Shown piece after piece: positions 48,460-61,156 of a stretch of 64,000 nt of DNA (within the stretch, counting starts at the first letter, position 1; each line of letters begins with the position of its first letter). The position numbers and the translations under genes are program-made. Below the pieces are notes generated by a model. The model made no database searches. It was not told where the DNA came from and saw only the letters and a list, made by a program, of their open reading frames with translations. Origin of the DNA: Basidiobolus meristosporus CBS 931.73. Its lineage: Eukaryota > Fungi > Basidiobolomycota. The stretch spans positions 62,001 to 126,000 of the forward strand of contig MCFE01000056.1 in the NCBI GenBank assembly GCA_002104905.1, written 5' to 3'.

Positions 48460-49960
48460 TGCTATGATCTGCTGCCTGAATATTTAAGTTAGATCAGTTT
48501 TTAGTCAAATCAATCAGTTATATGTTTAGCTTATCAATATATCAGTATTATCTATCAAATCAGAAGTATTAGTCAGCAAATGAATCAGGCAATCCTTATC
48601 AGACAGAAATAGATATATTAAGTAGGATCTTATTGGGTGATGATGATGCAATCAAACGGGTCATCAGCCACAGCCTATATTACAAGATATAATTAGTCAG
48701 CAATTGATCTGGCAAAATGTATATAAGAAGCTGCTGGAATCTCAATAAAAGTTAGTTCAGGTTTTAGCAAACACAATACTAGCTAAACTCCGTAATCCTC
48801 TACAACTCTTATACCAAGACTTGTAACATTAGTAGCAGCAATTACCACAGCAAGCCTCCCTTAAGATGTCCAAAAATCAAGAATGGAAGAATGCTATGCA
48901 ACAAATCTTGGCGCAGCAGCAACAGTTACTCCAGATCCTTGGTCAGCAGCAACAAGGAATGACTACCATGGCCCAAAGCCAGCAAAACCCTGTCAATAAC
49001 AACTTTAGTGTGAAGGTCAACCAGTACCATGGTAGAGTCAATGAAAACCTGGGAACTTGGCTCTTCCAGATTGAAGAAGCTTTCAAGGCCAAGGGAATTG
49101 CTCCAGAAAGCAGGCTACATTATGCAGCCTCTTACCTGGCAAATGCAGCTTTACAGTGGTATTACAACAAAATCAGGTCAGCCACCATGATGGGATGCTC
49201 TATAATCTCTACCTGGGATGAGCTTATGTTGGAAATCCAGGATGCCTTTGAGCCCCCACACCAACAGACACTACTAAGAAGAAAGTTCAAGACACCCAGA
49301 AAGAAAGGAATGGTCCAAGAGTACATCTATGAATATAGATGTCTACTTGGGCAAAGTGAAAGAATAGACCCTCTGGATCAGGTTGAATACTCTATTGATG
49401 GGCTGAAAGAAAGAACTTGTAAGGAAGTGACATATCAAAGACTTCAGACTATTGAAGAAGCCATCAAGATTGCCATTGACTATGACTCAGCTATGTTTGG
49501 AGTTGGGAAGCCCACAATGACTAATCAGAGAGGCTACAATCATTATGAGAGGAGACAATCAGAAGCAGTGCCAATGGAAATAGATGCTGTGCAGAGGAAT
49601 CCTACCTCAGAAGAATGTAAGAAGAATGGACTTTGCTTCAATTGCCACCAGCAGGGACATATTGCAAAGTACTGCCCTCAGAGAAGAAATGGACACCAGC
49701 CATCAAGAGCCTTTAACCATATTGAGGCTCTGGAGCATAGCAACATGGAAGATGAACTTGAAGAAGACCCAGAACTCACCTTCCATATGACAGAAAAATA
49801 CCTATCCCAGATGACCACAAACTCAGGAAAGCTATTATACCTTAATGGAGTAATCAATGGAGTACCTGCCAAGATCATGATTGACTCAGGAGCATTGCAT
49901 GAGTACATATCAGAGCAATTTGCTTTGAAATCTGGAATCAACTTCAGACTCAATGGCTGA
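48460..49960 (+). mobile_element. Ty3/gypsy family G, 5' part: LTR 48460-48828, PBS (TAGTAGCAGC, similar to iMet TGGTAGCAG), gag-protease
   Basis: LTR ends CTTGTAACA and is similar to 50004-50372, 55089-55331 and 62602-62966. Confidence 0.85.
48866..49960 (+). CDS. Gypsy Gag with CCHC zinc knuckle and start of aspartic protease (364-aa open frame, truncated)
   Basis: LGTWLFQIEEAF...AASYLANAALQWY, PMEID, CFNCHQQGHIAKYC, IMIDSGA. Confidence 0.85.
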   Translation: MSKNQEWKNAMQQILAQQQQLLQILGQQQQGMTTMAQSQQNPVNNNFSVKVNQYHGRVNENLGTWLFQIEEAFKAKGIAPESRLHYAASYLANAALQWYYNKIRSATMMGCSIISTWDELMLEIQDAFEPPHQQTLLRRKFKTPRKKGMVQEYIYEYRCLLGQSERIDPLDQVEYSIDGLKERTCKEVTYQRLQTIEEAIKIAIDYDSAMFGVGKPTMTNQRGYNHYERRQSEAVPMEIDAVQRNPTSEECKKNGLCFNCHQQGHIAKYCPQRRNGHQPSRAFNHIEALEHSNMEDELEEDPELTFHMTEKYLSQMTTNSGKLLYLNGVINGVPAKIMIDSGALHEYISEQFALKSGINFRLNG

Positions 49961-50003
49961 TGGGAACTCTCACATAATCAACCGTTTTACTCAGCCAGTA
50001 AGG

Positions 50004-50372
50004 TGTTACAAGTCTTGGTATAAGAGTTGTAGAGGAATAGGGAGTTTAGCTAGTATTGTATTTACTAAAACTTGAACTGATCTTTATTGAGGTTCCAGCA
50101 GCTCCTTATATACATTTTGCCAGATTAATTGCTGACTAATTGTATTTCCTAATGTAGGTTGTGGCTGATGACTCATTTGATTGCATCATCATCACCCAAT
50201 AAGATCCTACTTAATATATCTATTTCTGTCCGATAAGGATCTGCTGATTCATTTGCTGACTAAAGCTACTGATTTCATAGATAATACTGATATACTGATA
50301 AGCTAAACATATGACTAACTGATTTTACTAAAAACTGCTCTGACTTAGACATTTAAGTGGCAGTTCATAAAA
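50004..50372 (-). mobile_element. Gypsy family G LTR in inverted orientation
   Basis: Reverse complement of the 48460-48828 LTR (starts TGTTACAAGTCTTGGTATAAGAG on plus). No PBS, PPT or clean TSD. Confidence 0.85.
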
Positions 50373-51784
50373 ATTGGTTCAAGGGGAGGTAGAGAAAGTA
50401 AACCCACTTGGTGAACTGGTACAGTAGCATTATACACAACTAGCTGTAGACTGCTGTACTGCCAAAATAATGCTGGTGGTGGTTTACAAAGAGGCCATCA
50501 GAACACCATGAAGTTTTTTACCATGTAGGGCAAATAGGTGTATTGGCCAGCTAGGTCTGCATAAACAAATATGGAATGTATTAAGACTATTGGAATATTA
50601 TGCAGTTCTTATCAAAAGACTGCTAAAACACCGTCAAGTTCTGTACTTTATTTGGCAGTAAACTCAGCAAAATGCTGCTACAATTCCATCATACAGTAGT
50701 GTAGAGGGTCAATAATTACAAGCTGTTGGCATTTTGGTGGACTCCTAATGGGATCCTGATGGCTGATCTGGATTGGATTCACCTGCAGGACCAAGTTACT
50801 TTTCATAGGGAGTTCTGAAGTGTTTTGATTGTTCTAGTCATCACCAAGTGTGACAATGCAAATACAGCTATACTGGAGTGTGGTGACTAGGTACTATTGA
50901 GGCTAGATGTCTAGTGCAGCTTATTTGAGCAAATGTGGTCACTCCTATTCAAAGTTTTGTTTGATCTAAGTCAATGCCAATCTCAATTTTATCACTAGCA
51001 AATAGCCAACGCTTCTGGATTAACAATGTTCTGGAGGTTTCATGCTCAAACACACTTTAGCATCACCTGTAAGGAGGTCCAGAACTACTCTACAAAAGAA
51101 ATTTTCATGCAACATCAGCCAAAAATGAAAATGAAAAAAAAAACAATACCACTTATGTAAGCTAGGGTACTCTCTAATGAAGCCAGATCCTATGTGTGTA
51201 ATATTTAGATTCATCATACAATGCAGATATGCTTCATGCAGTCTATTGTACAATGTTCTCAAGCCAGAATTTCAGCAGAGCTTTGAGACTTGAATATAAT
51301 CTGTCAGATACTATATTTTATATTGCTTCAGATAATCCAATGCAGAGGTCTGGAAGTCTACTGAATATGGAGCTGAAAGAAAATGGTGCAAGAATCCATC
51401 AAACGGTTTTTATAGATTCAATATACCCAGAAGATCAGAGAGCCTTGCAAATCAAGCCCAAGGCTGAAAATAACTACCAGAAGAATAATGAGAATCAAAG
51501 CCCTTTTTGCAGTGCATTTTACTTTTGGAAAAGTGTTGATATCTGTTCTACAAGCATTTACTAAAGAAATAAAGGCAGCTATATTAGTCCAAATTGGTGG
51601 AAGTACCCCAAGAATAGCTACCAATCAATCTATAGTCTTGTCTGATATCAAGCTGAGTGAATCAAGAAGCAAATATGCTTTGAATCTATTGTTAGCAAAG
51701 TAATCAGTCCAAAGACATATTACTACTGCAGTAAGACACAACAAGCCTATACAGATAAATAAGTAAGTGAAGTTCAAATTGCCA

Positions 51785-54700
51785 CATATTATCAAACATC
51801 AGACTTGTTCTGCTGGATAGTGCCACATTGAGATATGAGTGCCAAATGATGCCATAGTGTGCCAGGGAGGCCAAGTGAGCCTATACTTGGCCACAGAATG
51901 TGAAACATAGCTCTGCAACTTCATGCAAAGCTGCCCCAGTGTTTCACCCATTGTGTAGGAGAAAATCCATTTTTTGACCTTTTTTTTAGGTCAATGTTGT
52001 GTAGGATGTGTAAGAGTACAAAAGGATTGAAGATATGCATCTGGTACTCCTTACCTATGGCACTCTGAATTTAGCACCTATGGCTTTTAACTTGTCACAA
52101 AAATGCATGGCACTATTTTGGTCCACTGGTACTATCTGGCACTCATATTTAATTATTAGCCCTAAAGTAAAATCTATATAATGCACTTATAGTGCCAGAT
52201 AGTACTAGTGGGCCAAGATAGTGCCATGCATTTTTCTAACATGTCACAAGCCACAGGAGCTAGATTCAGAGTGCCATGGGTATTGAGTACCTGATGCATG
52301 TCTTCAGCTCTTCTATGCTCTTACACATCCTGTGCAACATTGATCCACAAAAAAAAAGGTCAAAAAATGGGTTTTCTCCTGCATCATAGGTGAAACATAG
52401 GGGCTGCTTTGCATGAAGATGCAGAGCTATGTTTTACACTCTGTGGCCAAGTACAGGTTCACTTGGCCTCTCTGGCACACTATGGTATCATTTGGCACTA
52501 TCCAACAGAACAAGTCTATTATGTACTAACCCTGAAACTGTTACAGAATGCTCCTGAATGTTACAAAACCTTCCTTGCTCAGTGATACAGCTGAATTACT
52601 TCTACAAAGGTGAAAATACTAATCCTGTAAGTGAGTAAACAACAGTTCAGCTATTATCACTATATCTGGATAAGTTCCTTATGTCCAAATCACTTCTTAA
52701 CTTGCAACAGGTTATAAGTCCTGATTGCCTTACCTATTCTAATGATGACTTCTACCAGCAAACAGAACAATAAAAACATTTTCCCTGTAAAGGAGAGGTT
52801 TGATGGGAAGAACTACAGACTTTGGAGAATCAAGATGTCAATCCACCTTGAGGAAAGAAAGCTTTGGATTATAGTAACAGGAAAAGAAGTTGAGCCCAAA
52901 GGAACAGAAGAAGATATGGGGAAGTTTCCAGAGAAGGAGGGAAAGGCCTTTGATGCTATATGTATCACTATGCAAGATTCATTCATTGGACAAATCCATG
53001 TTCCAAATACTGCCAAAGCAATACAGAAATCCTTAAAGAAGATCTTTAGAGCAAAGTCAGTAACAAGTCAGCTTTATTTAAAACAAAAGTTCTCCAACAT
53101 GAGGAAGACAACAGATGATGACATGCTACTACTCATTACCAGAATGGAGACACTTGCAGAAGAACCTTACAGTATTAATTCCGGTGTAGATGATGAAGAA
53201 AAGACACTCTGTCTGCTTTGCAGCCTACCAGATGAGTATGAGCCACTCATACTTTCTTTTGAAAGCAGAGAAGACAGTTTGACTTTAGACTATGTCATAG
53301 GAAGACCTCTCCATGAAGAACTCCGGTGTTATGATCAAGCAGAGAAAATTGAGGACAGTGCCTATTCAGCTCAGAAAGGCTGACAGAAAAGAAGGGAAAG
53401 CAACAAAACCAAAGAAAATCTGGTTGCTGTAACTACTGTAAGAAGCAAGGATACTGGGCAAGAGAATGCAAGGAGATACAAGCAGACAAAAACAGAAACT
53501 GGAGCAGGCAAACTATATAACTACTGATGTACAGTGATTTGTAACTGTACAAGAGAGTGCAAATAACTAAAGTAATGAATGGTGTAGTGGCTCTAAAGTG
53601 CTGCAGCATATTTGTGGCATGGCAGAGTGGTTCAGCAACTTAAAGACTATTCCCATGAGAAGAGGCTTATCTAGGATGCAGCTCTGTAATGTGAAGCTAC
53701 CCCCAGTGGGTCAATACTACTAAATATAAGTGCAGATATCCCAGGGACACAGCCGCAAAACTGACTGATGTACTCTATGTACCTGGAATAGCTAAGAACC
53801 TACTCTCAGTCATTGAAGCAACTGCTCAGGGACTGAAGTTTGTTTTTACTAAGCTGAACTGATCAATACTGAAAGAAAATGGACAGAAATTAGCATCAGG
53901 AATCAGGGATCACAATATATACAAGCTACAATGCAAGATTATTGTACCTAGTATGACAACAGTGCTGAAACTAATGCAACAAACTAGGAGATATGGCATA
54001 GGAGGCTAGGACACATTGGAGAGCAGAAATTGAGCCAATTGGTAAAAATTGAGCTTGTTTTAGGCCTAAACTACTCAACCCCAATCAAATTGAGTGTCTG
54101 TAAGGGATGTTCATATGGCAAACAAGCAGGGCAACGTTGCAGAAGCTTGGCAGGCGTAAACACCACCAAAGTTTTGGCTATTGCATATGCAGATATCTGT
54201 GGGCCCATGAGAGCACTGTCCTTTGGAGCCAAGGGATACTTTGTGATGTTTATTGATGACAAGACAAGATATACCTAGGTACACTTCCTCCAAAACAAAG
54301 GATTAGGCTTAAGAGATGTTCAAACACTTCAAGAACATAGCAGAAGCACAAATTGGGCAGTAATGCAATATACTTTGAAGTGACAATGGAGGGGAATACT
54401 GCTCAAAGGAGTTTGCACAATACTGCTGATCTACTGGTATACTTCAACAGACCACTGTTCCACATACTCCACAGCAGAATTGACTAGCAGAATGTGAAAA
54501 TAGAAAAATAGTGGAGATGGGAAGATCCATGCTACATGATAAGGGATTGGACCTCAGGTTTTGGGCTGAACCTGTTGCTACTGCAGTATACATCAAGAAA
54601 AGATGCCCAACAACAGCACTACATGATTTCACACTCTTTGAAGCATATATAGGCAAAAAACCTGAACACCAGCACCTTAGGATCTTTGGCAGTGGTGTCT

Positions 54701-55088
54701 TTTATCACATACCTGACAAAAAATGCTCAAAGCTGAAACCAAAGAGTAGAAATGGGATCTATCTGGGGTATTGTGATGATACTAAGGGGTAAAGAGTGTA
54801 TGATGATGGAGTTTAGAAGCCAATCAAGAGCAGGGACATTGTATTTGAGGAGACTTCAGATGAGTGAGCCACAGAAATAATTGGCCAGCTACCAGATGAT
54901 GCAATAAACAATAATGAAGATATGCACAAAATTCAGCCAGATATGGAAGATAATTCTACCAGTTCCAGATCAGTACAGATTATCCCAGTTAGGAAATCTA
55001 CCGGAATTAGAAATGCCCCTGGATCCTGATGGCAGACATCCAATGATTCTGAAGAAGCTTTTCTTGCCATATTTACATTTTCCCAGAT
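51785..55088 (+). mobile_element. Copia family B, degenerate truncated copy (partial LTR to 52709, PBS GGTTATAAGTCC, gag, integrase), with a MITE in its LTR
   Basis: Collinear with 56470-59440 but with many stops and CpG-to-TpG/CpA changes. Confidence 0.88.
51801..52517. mobile_element. Fold-back MITE, second full copy, TSD ATC/ATT
   Basis: AGACTTGTTCTGCTGGATAGTGCC...GGCACTATCCAACAGAACAAGTCT, inserted in the copia B LTR sequence CAAACATTATGTACT. Confidence 0.88.
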
Positions 55089-56245
55089 CAATTGCTTACT
55101 AATTGTATTTCCTGATGTAGGCTGTGGCTGATTACTCATTTGATTGCATTATCAACACCCAATAAGATCCTACTTGTATATTACTCTTGTCTGATAAGGA
55201 TCTGCAGATTAACCTGCTGACTAATGCTGCTGATTTGATAGATAATACCAATTTACTGATAAGCTAAGCATATAGCTAATTGATTTGATTAAACTGATCT
55301 AACTTAAAAATTCAAATGGCATATCATAGCATTCTCCCCTACTAAAGTTTCAAGGGTTCACTTGAATCTCTTTTCTTATGATACCAATATCTTGATGGTT
55401 CAATATTGTTGACAAGTCTTGCAAGCTTGAGTCTGTCTCTATGAACTAAATCTTCCTGGATATCCCCTTGTTTGTCCACCAGTTGGTAAACTGCAAATGG
55501 ACAATCTCTGATGATCTTGAATGGTCCTGTCCATTGTGGCTCAAACTTCTTCCAAGTATTGCTTACTTCAGCAATACAAAGTTTCCAACTGTCAATGATT
55601 CTGGTGATATAGTCTTATCAAACCTCTGCTTCATCTTTTCTGCACTTTGAGATACTTTTGTCTGTGCCTTTTGACTTCTTTGTTCATGCTGCTGGTGTCT
55701 ACTTGGCTGGTTGAGTTCATCTTCTAAGGTGTCTGTATGCTTTGGTTGTGTGAGATCTCCTGGAATTCTTAGTTCACATCCATACACTAAGTGAAATGGC
55801 AACTTTTTCAGCATTTTCCTAATAATCTATTATACTGTTCAGTGTCTCCATTAGTTCTGGGGTGATATGCCAAGGTTTTCAAGTGTCTGATTTGCTGCAT
55901 TTCCAGGTAAGCTTCCAACAACGTTTCCTTAATTCTCTGTGATTGACCTTGGTTGATTTGGCATTTGGGCATGTTTTCACTAGCTTTGCAATGCCTTGTC
56001 TCATTCTGGGCCACCATGCTCTGGCTTTCACAAGGCTAGAGGTTCCTTCAATTCCAAGATGTCCATATACATTGTGTAGCTAATGTTTTAAATCCTGGCA
56101 AGCAACATGAGGGCAATAGGCAATAGGGCTTCCATCAACGATTTGTCAGAGTGATTCATCCTGCGCCACAAATTTGCTGGCTTCATCCTGGATTATCTTC
56201 TTGATATCTTCATACACCTCATCAGGAATGGGTTGGTCCCCTGTG
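55089..56245 (-). mobile_element. Gypsy family G, 3' fragment on minus (integrase, PPT, partial 3' LTR)
   Basis: Minus-strand AYHPRTNGDTEQYNR and PFHLVYGCELRIP; inverted homolog of ~61350-62880. Confidence 0.82.
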
Positions 56246-56469
56246 CACAGATGCTTCAGATTATGCAATTGATGGAGTGTTGAGCCAAGAACACAAGGGA
56301 AAGGACTACCCCATTGCCTTTGAATCCAAGAAACTGAACTCAGCAGAACAAAACTAGCCTGTGAATGAGAAGGAGATGCTTGCTATAATACACTTTTTGA
56401 AGACATGGAGATGCTAAATTGAAGGAGTCAAATGAACTGTGAAGACTGATCATTCCTCCCTCAAGTATA

Positions 56470-59400
56470 TGTTGAAATATTGGACTATTTGGTATCATTC
56501 AGCAGCTAAAAATTTACTTAACAATTTTAGGCTAGTCTTAGTCACTGTAGGACTCATTTACTGCCTTTACTTCGCCACTTTCTCCAGATATATGATCTTA
56601 TGATTATTCCCCTATAGTCAGGATCAAATTAGCACTATTACCAAACATTATGTACTAACCCTGAAACTGTTACAGAATGCTCCTGAATATTGAGAAACCC
56701 TCCCTACTTAGTGTTGCAGCTGTATTACTTCTACAAAGGTATAAATACTGAGCTTCTTTATGAATAAACAACAGTTCAACTATTATCACTATTTCTTGAT
56801 AAGTTCCTTATATCCAAATCACTTCTTAAATTGCAACAGGTTATGAGCCCCGTGTTGCCTTAACCTATTCTAATGATGACTTCTACCAGCAAACAAAGCA
56901 ATACCAACATCTTCCCTGTAAAGGAGAGGTTTGATGGGAAGAACTACAGACTTTGGAGAATCAAGATGCAGATCCACCTTGAGGAAAGAAAGCTTTGGAA
57001 TATAGTAACAGGAAAGGAAGTTGAGCCCAAAGGAACAGCAGAAGATGTGGAGAAGTTTCAAGAGAAGGAGAGAAAGGCCTTCAATGCAATATGCATCAAT
57101 GTGCAAGACTCCTTCATTGGACAAATCCATGCCTCAAATACTGCCAAAGCAGCATGGGAATCCTTGGAGAAGATCTTTAGAGCAAAGTCAGTATCAAGCA
57201 AGCTTTATTTGAAATGAAAGTTCTTCAACATGAGAAAAAAGCCAGATGATGACATGCTACAACTCATTACCAGAATGGAGACACTTGCAGAAGAACTTTA
57301 CAGTATTAATGCTGGTGTAGATGATGAAGAAAAGATACTCTGTCTGCTTTGCAGCCTACCAGACAAGTATGAGCCACTCATACTTTCTTTTGAAAGCAGA
57401 GAAGACAACTTGACTTTAGACTATGTCAAAGGAAGACTTCTCCATGAAGAACTCAGACGTAATGACCAAGCAGAAAAAATTGAAGATAATGCTTTATTCA
57501 GTTCAGAAAGGCATACAGAAAAGAAGGGAAAGCAACAAAACCGAAGAAAACCTGGCTGCTGTAACTACTGTAAGAAGCCAGGACACTGGGCAAGAGAATG
57601 CAAGAAGAAACAAGCAGACGAAAAACAGAAACTAGAGCAGGCAAACCATATAACTACTGATGAACAGCTATTTGTCACTGTACAAGAGAGTGCAAGTAAC
57701 CGAAGTAATGAATGGTATATTGACTCTGGAGCATCACAGCATATTTGTGGTATAAAGGATTGGTTCAGCAACTTAAAGACTATTCCTGTAAGAAAGGTTT
57801 ATTTGGGAGATAACTCTGCATTGGAAGCTACCGCCAGTGGGTCCATACAACTAAATATGAGTGATAACTCAGGGGCAACAACAGCAAAACTGACTGACGT
57901 ACTCTATGTACCTGGAATAGCTAAGAACCTACTCTCAGTCAGTAAAGCAACTACTCAGGGACTGAAATTTGTTTTTACTAAGCTGAGCTGCTCAATATTG
58001 AGTGAAAATGGACAAAAATTAGCTTCGGGAATCAGAGATCACAATATATACAAGTTACAATGCAAGATCATTGTACCTGAGTATGTCAACATTGCTGAAA
58101 CCGATGAAACCAACTGGGAGACGTGGCATAGGAGGCTAGGACACATAGGGGAACAGAAAATGAGCCAATTGGTGAAAAATCAGCTTGTTTTGGGCCTAAA
58201 ATACTCAATTCCGATCAAATTGAATGTTTGTAAAGGATGTTCATATGGCAAACAAGCTAGGCAACGTTTCAAGAGCTCAGAAGGCATCAATACCACCGAA
58301 CTATTGGCTATTGTACACTCAGACATATGTGGCCCCATGAGAACACTGTCCTTTGGAGCCAAGAGATACTTTATGACGTTTATTGATGACAAGACAAGAT
58401 ATACATGGGTGTACTTCCTCAAAACAAAGGATGAAGCTTTAGAGACGTTTAAGCACTTCAAGAACATGGCAGAAACACAAACTGGGTGTAAATTGAAGGT
58501 ACTACGAAGTGACAATGGAGGAGAATACTGCTCAAAGGAGTTTGCAAAATACTGCTTGTCTACTGGTATACTTCAACAGACCACAGTTCCTCATACTCCA
58601 CAGCAAAATGGAGTAGCAGAACGTGCAAACAGAACAATAGTAGAGATGGGAAGATCTATGCTACATGATAAGGGAATGGACTACAAGTTTTGGGCTGAAT
58701 CTGTTGCTACCGCTGTATACATCAAGAACAGATGCCCAACAACAGCACTACGTGATTCTACACCCTTTGAAGCATATACAGGCAAAAAACCAGATCTCCA
58801 GCACCTCAGGATCTTTGGCAGTGATGTTTTTTATCACATCCCTGACAAAAAACGCTCAAAGTTGGAACCAAAGAGTAGAAAAGGGATCTTTCTTGGGTAT
58901 TGTGAAGGTACTAAAGGGTATAGAGTGTATGATGGCGAAATTCAGAAGCTGATCAAGAGCAGGGACGTTGTATTTGAGGAGAATTCAGATCAGAAAGCCA
59001 CAGAAATCATTGGCCAGCTGCCTGATGATGCAATCAACACAAATGAAGAAGATACGTACCAAATCCAGCCAGAGATGGAAGATACTTCTACCAGTTCCAG
59101 ATCAGAACAGATTATCCCAGTTAGGAGATCTACCAGAATAAGAAATGCCCCTGGATCCTGGTGGCAGACATCCAATGATCATGAAGAAGCTTATCTTGCC
59201 TTATGTGCCGAACCTCAGAATCTGGAACAGGCAATGCAAGGTCCAGATGCTACTAAGTGGCAACAAGCCATGCAGGAGGAGTACCAATCACTGATCAAGG
59301 CAAAAACGTGGGAACTGGTAGATTTACCAAATGGGAGAAAGCCAATAGGATGTAGATGGGTCTATAAGATCAAGATAACCTCAAATGGTGCCGTTGATAA

Positions 59401-61156
59401 GTACAAGGCTAGATTGGTAGCTAAAGGCTATTCCCAGATCCAGGGACTAGACTTTAAGGAAACATTTGCTCCGGTTGCCAAGTTTAACTCTATTAGGACA
59501 GTTCTAGCCCTGGCAGCTGTACACAGTCTAGATCTACACCAAATGGACGTCAAAACAGCCTTTCTAAATGGGGATTTGCAAGAAACTATATATATGGAGC
59601 AACCAGAAGGTTTTACCGATCCAAAAAGCCCCCATAAGGTGTGCAAACTTAGAAAATTGTTGTATGGGCTTAAGCAGGCACCCAGAGCATGGTATAACAA
59701 GATTGACACATATCTAGAGGAAATTGGGTTCTCTCGTAGCACTGCAGATCACAGTATATATGTGAAACAGCTCAAAAAGGGTGTGATCATCCTAGTTCTT
59801 TATGTGGACGACCTAATTATAGCTACAAGTGATCAAGAGGCACTTAAACAGACGAAATCAGATCTCTTCAGCAAGTTTGAGAAGAAAGATCTTGGAAAAT
59901 TGAGCTATTTTCTTGGAATTGAGGTCAAATTTGACATACCTACGCAGAAAATTGTGCTGAATCAGTCTAAGTACATCAGGGACACTCTTAGACGCTTCAA
60001 AATGGAAAATTGCAAACCTGCAGCAACCCCTATGGACAATAACCTGAAATTAAGCAAATCTCAGCCAGTTATGGATGAAAACGGCTCAAATATGGACCAA
60101 AACTTTCCCTATCAATCAATGGTTGGTAGCCTAATGTACTTGATGGTGTCTACACGTCCAGATATTGCAGTAGCAGTTGGAATAGTCAGTCAATTCATGC
60201 AGAATTATGGATCAGATCAAATTGCAGCAGTTAAGCGGATTTTCAGATATCTACAAGGTACCATAAATATGGTACTGGAATACTCTGGAGCAGCTAATAG
60301 GCGAAAATTTGATGGTTATAGTGATTCAGATTGGGGTAGAGATCTGATTGACAGACGCTCTACCACAGGCTATGTATTTCTTTATGCTGGTGCAGCTATT
60401 ACTTGGAATTGCAAGAAACAACCAACTGTGGCACTATCTACAACTGAAGCCGAATATATGGCTGCATGTCAAGCAACTAAGGAGGCTATATGGCTACAAA
60501 AATTATTCAAAGACTTAGGTTTTAATTCAGGTGAACCAACATGTATTTACAAGGATAATCAAAGTTGTATTTCATTAGCTAGAAATCCTACTAATCATGC
60601 CAGAACTAAGCACATTGATATACAGCATCACTTTGTGAGGGAAGCTGTAGAAAATAACTTAGTAGAGCTGGTTTACTGCCCAACTGACAAAATGGTGGCA
60701 GACATATTGACAAAACCACTAGCTAGGCCACAGTTTGAGATCCTTAGAGAGAAATTGGGATTAAGAAATTATTTAGTTGAGGGGGAGTGTTGAAATATTG
60801 GACTATTTGGTATCATTCAGCAGCTAAAAATTTACTTAACAATTTTAGGCTAGTCTTAGTCACTGTAGGACTCATTTACTGCCTTTACTTCGCCACTTTC
60901 TCCAGATATATGATCTTATGATTATTCCCCTATAGTCAGGATCAAATTAGCACTATTACCAAACATTATGTACTAACCCTGAAACTGTTACAGAATGCTC
61001 CTGAATATTGAGAAACCCTCCCTACTTAGTGTTGCAGCTGTATTACTTCTACAAAGGTATAAATACTGAGCTTCTTTATGAATAAACAACAGTTCAACTA
61101 TTATCACTATTTCTTGATAAGTTCCTTATATCCAAATCACTTCTTAAATTGCAACA
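56470..61156 (+). mobile_element. Copia family B, near-intact element with identical 369-bp LTRs (56470-56838, 60788-61156)
   Basis: TG...CA LTRs, PBS GGTTATGAGCCC at 56839, PPT GAGGGGGAG before the 3' LTR, TSD GTATA/TTATA (one mismatch). Confidence 0.96.
56873..60793 (+). CDS. Copia Gag-Pol polyprotein (gag, CCHC, protease, integrase, RT, RNase H) broken by one in-frame TGA at 57215-57217
   Basis: ORFs 56873-57217 and 57230-60793 are in the same frame. Motifs: CNYCKKPGHWAREC, WYIDSGAS, HSDICGP...RSDNGGEY...NGVAER, LYVDDLII, YSDSDW...AEYMA...DNQS...DILTK. Confidence 0.9.

Larger units (their letters stand above)
24073..50810 (+). mobile_element. CMC/EnSpm (Tnp2) DNA transposon copy C0, the outermost host. 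ORF2 on minus (~24500-26300); transposase fragments on plus (~26400-26493, 36232-37168, 48405-48459, 50373-50700)
   Basis: Termini CCCTATGG at 24073 and CATAGGG at 50810. Host sequence resumes across each nested insertion (e.g. ...CCATGACTTTG|C2|TTGCCTTGACAC...). Tnp2 motifs YDPETILIPACVNSCMAFT...CPNCQEP at 36864-37046. Confidence 0.72.

Noticed and set aside
50880-51780. Short ORFs (51020-51703) not matching other elements in the window
   Set aside because: Fragmentary, frame-shifting and CpG-depleted, with no motif I can recognise. Probably another decayed repeat; left unassigned.
57215-57220. Programmed stop-codon readthrough in copia gag
   Set aside because: The context TGA-AAG is not a known readthrough signal, the stop lies mid-gag rather than at a gag/pol border, and the paralog has CAA. 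CpG mutation explains it better.
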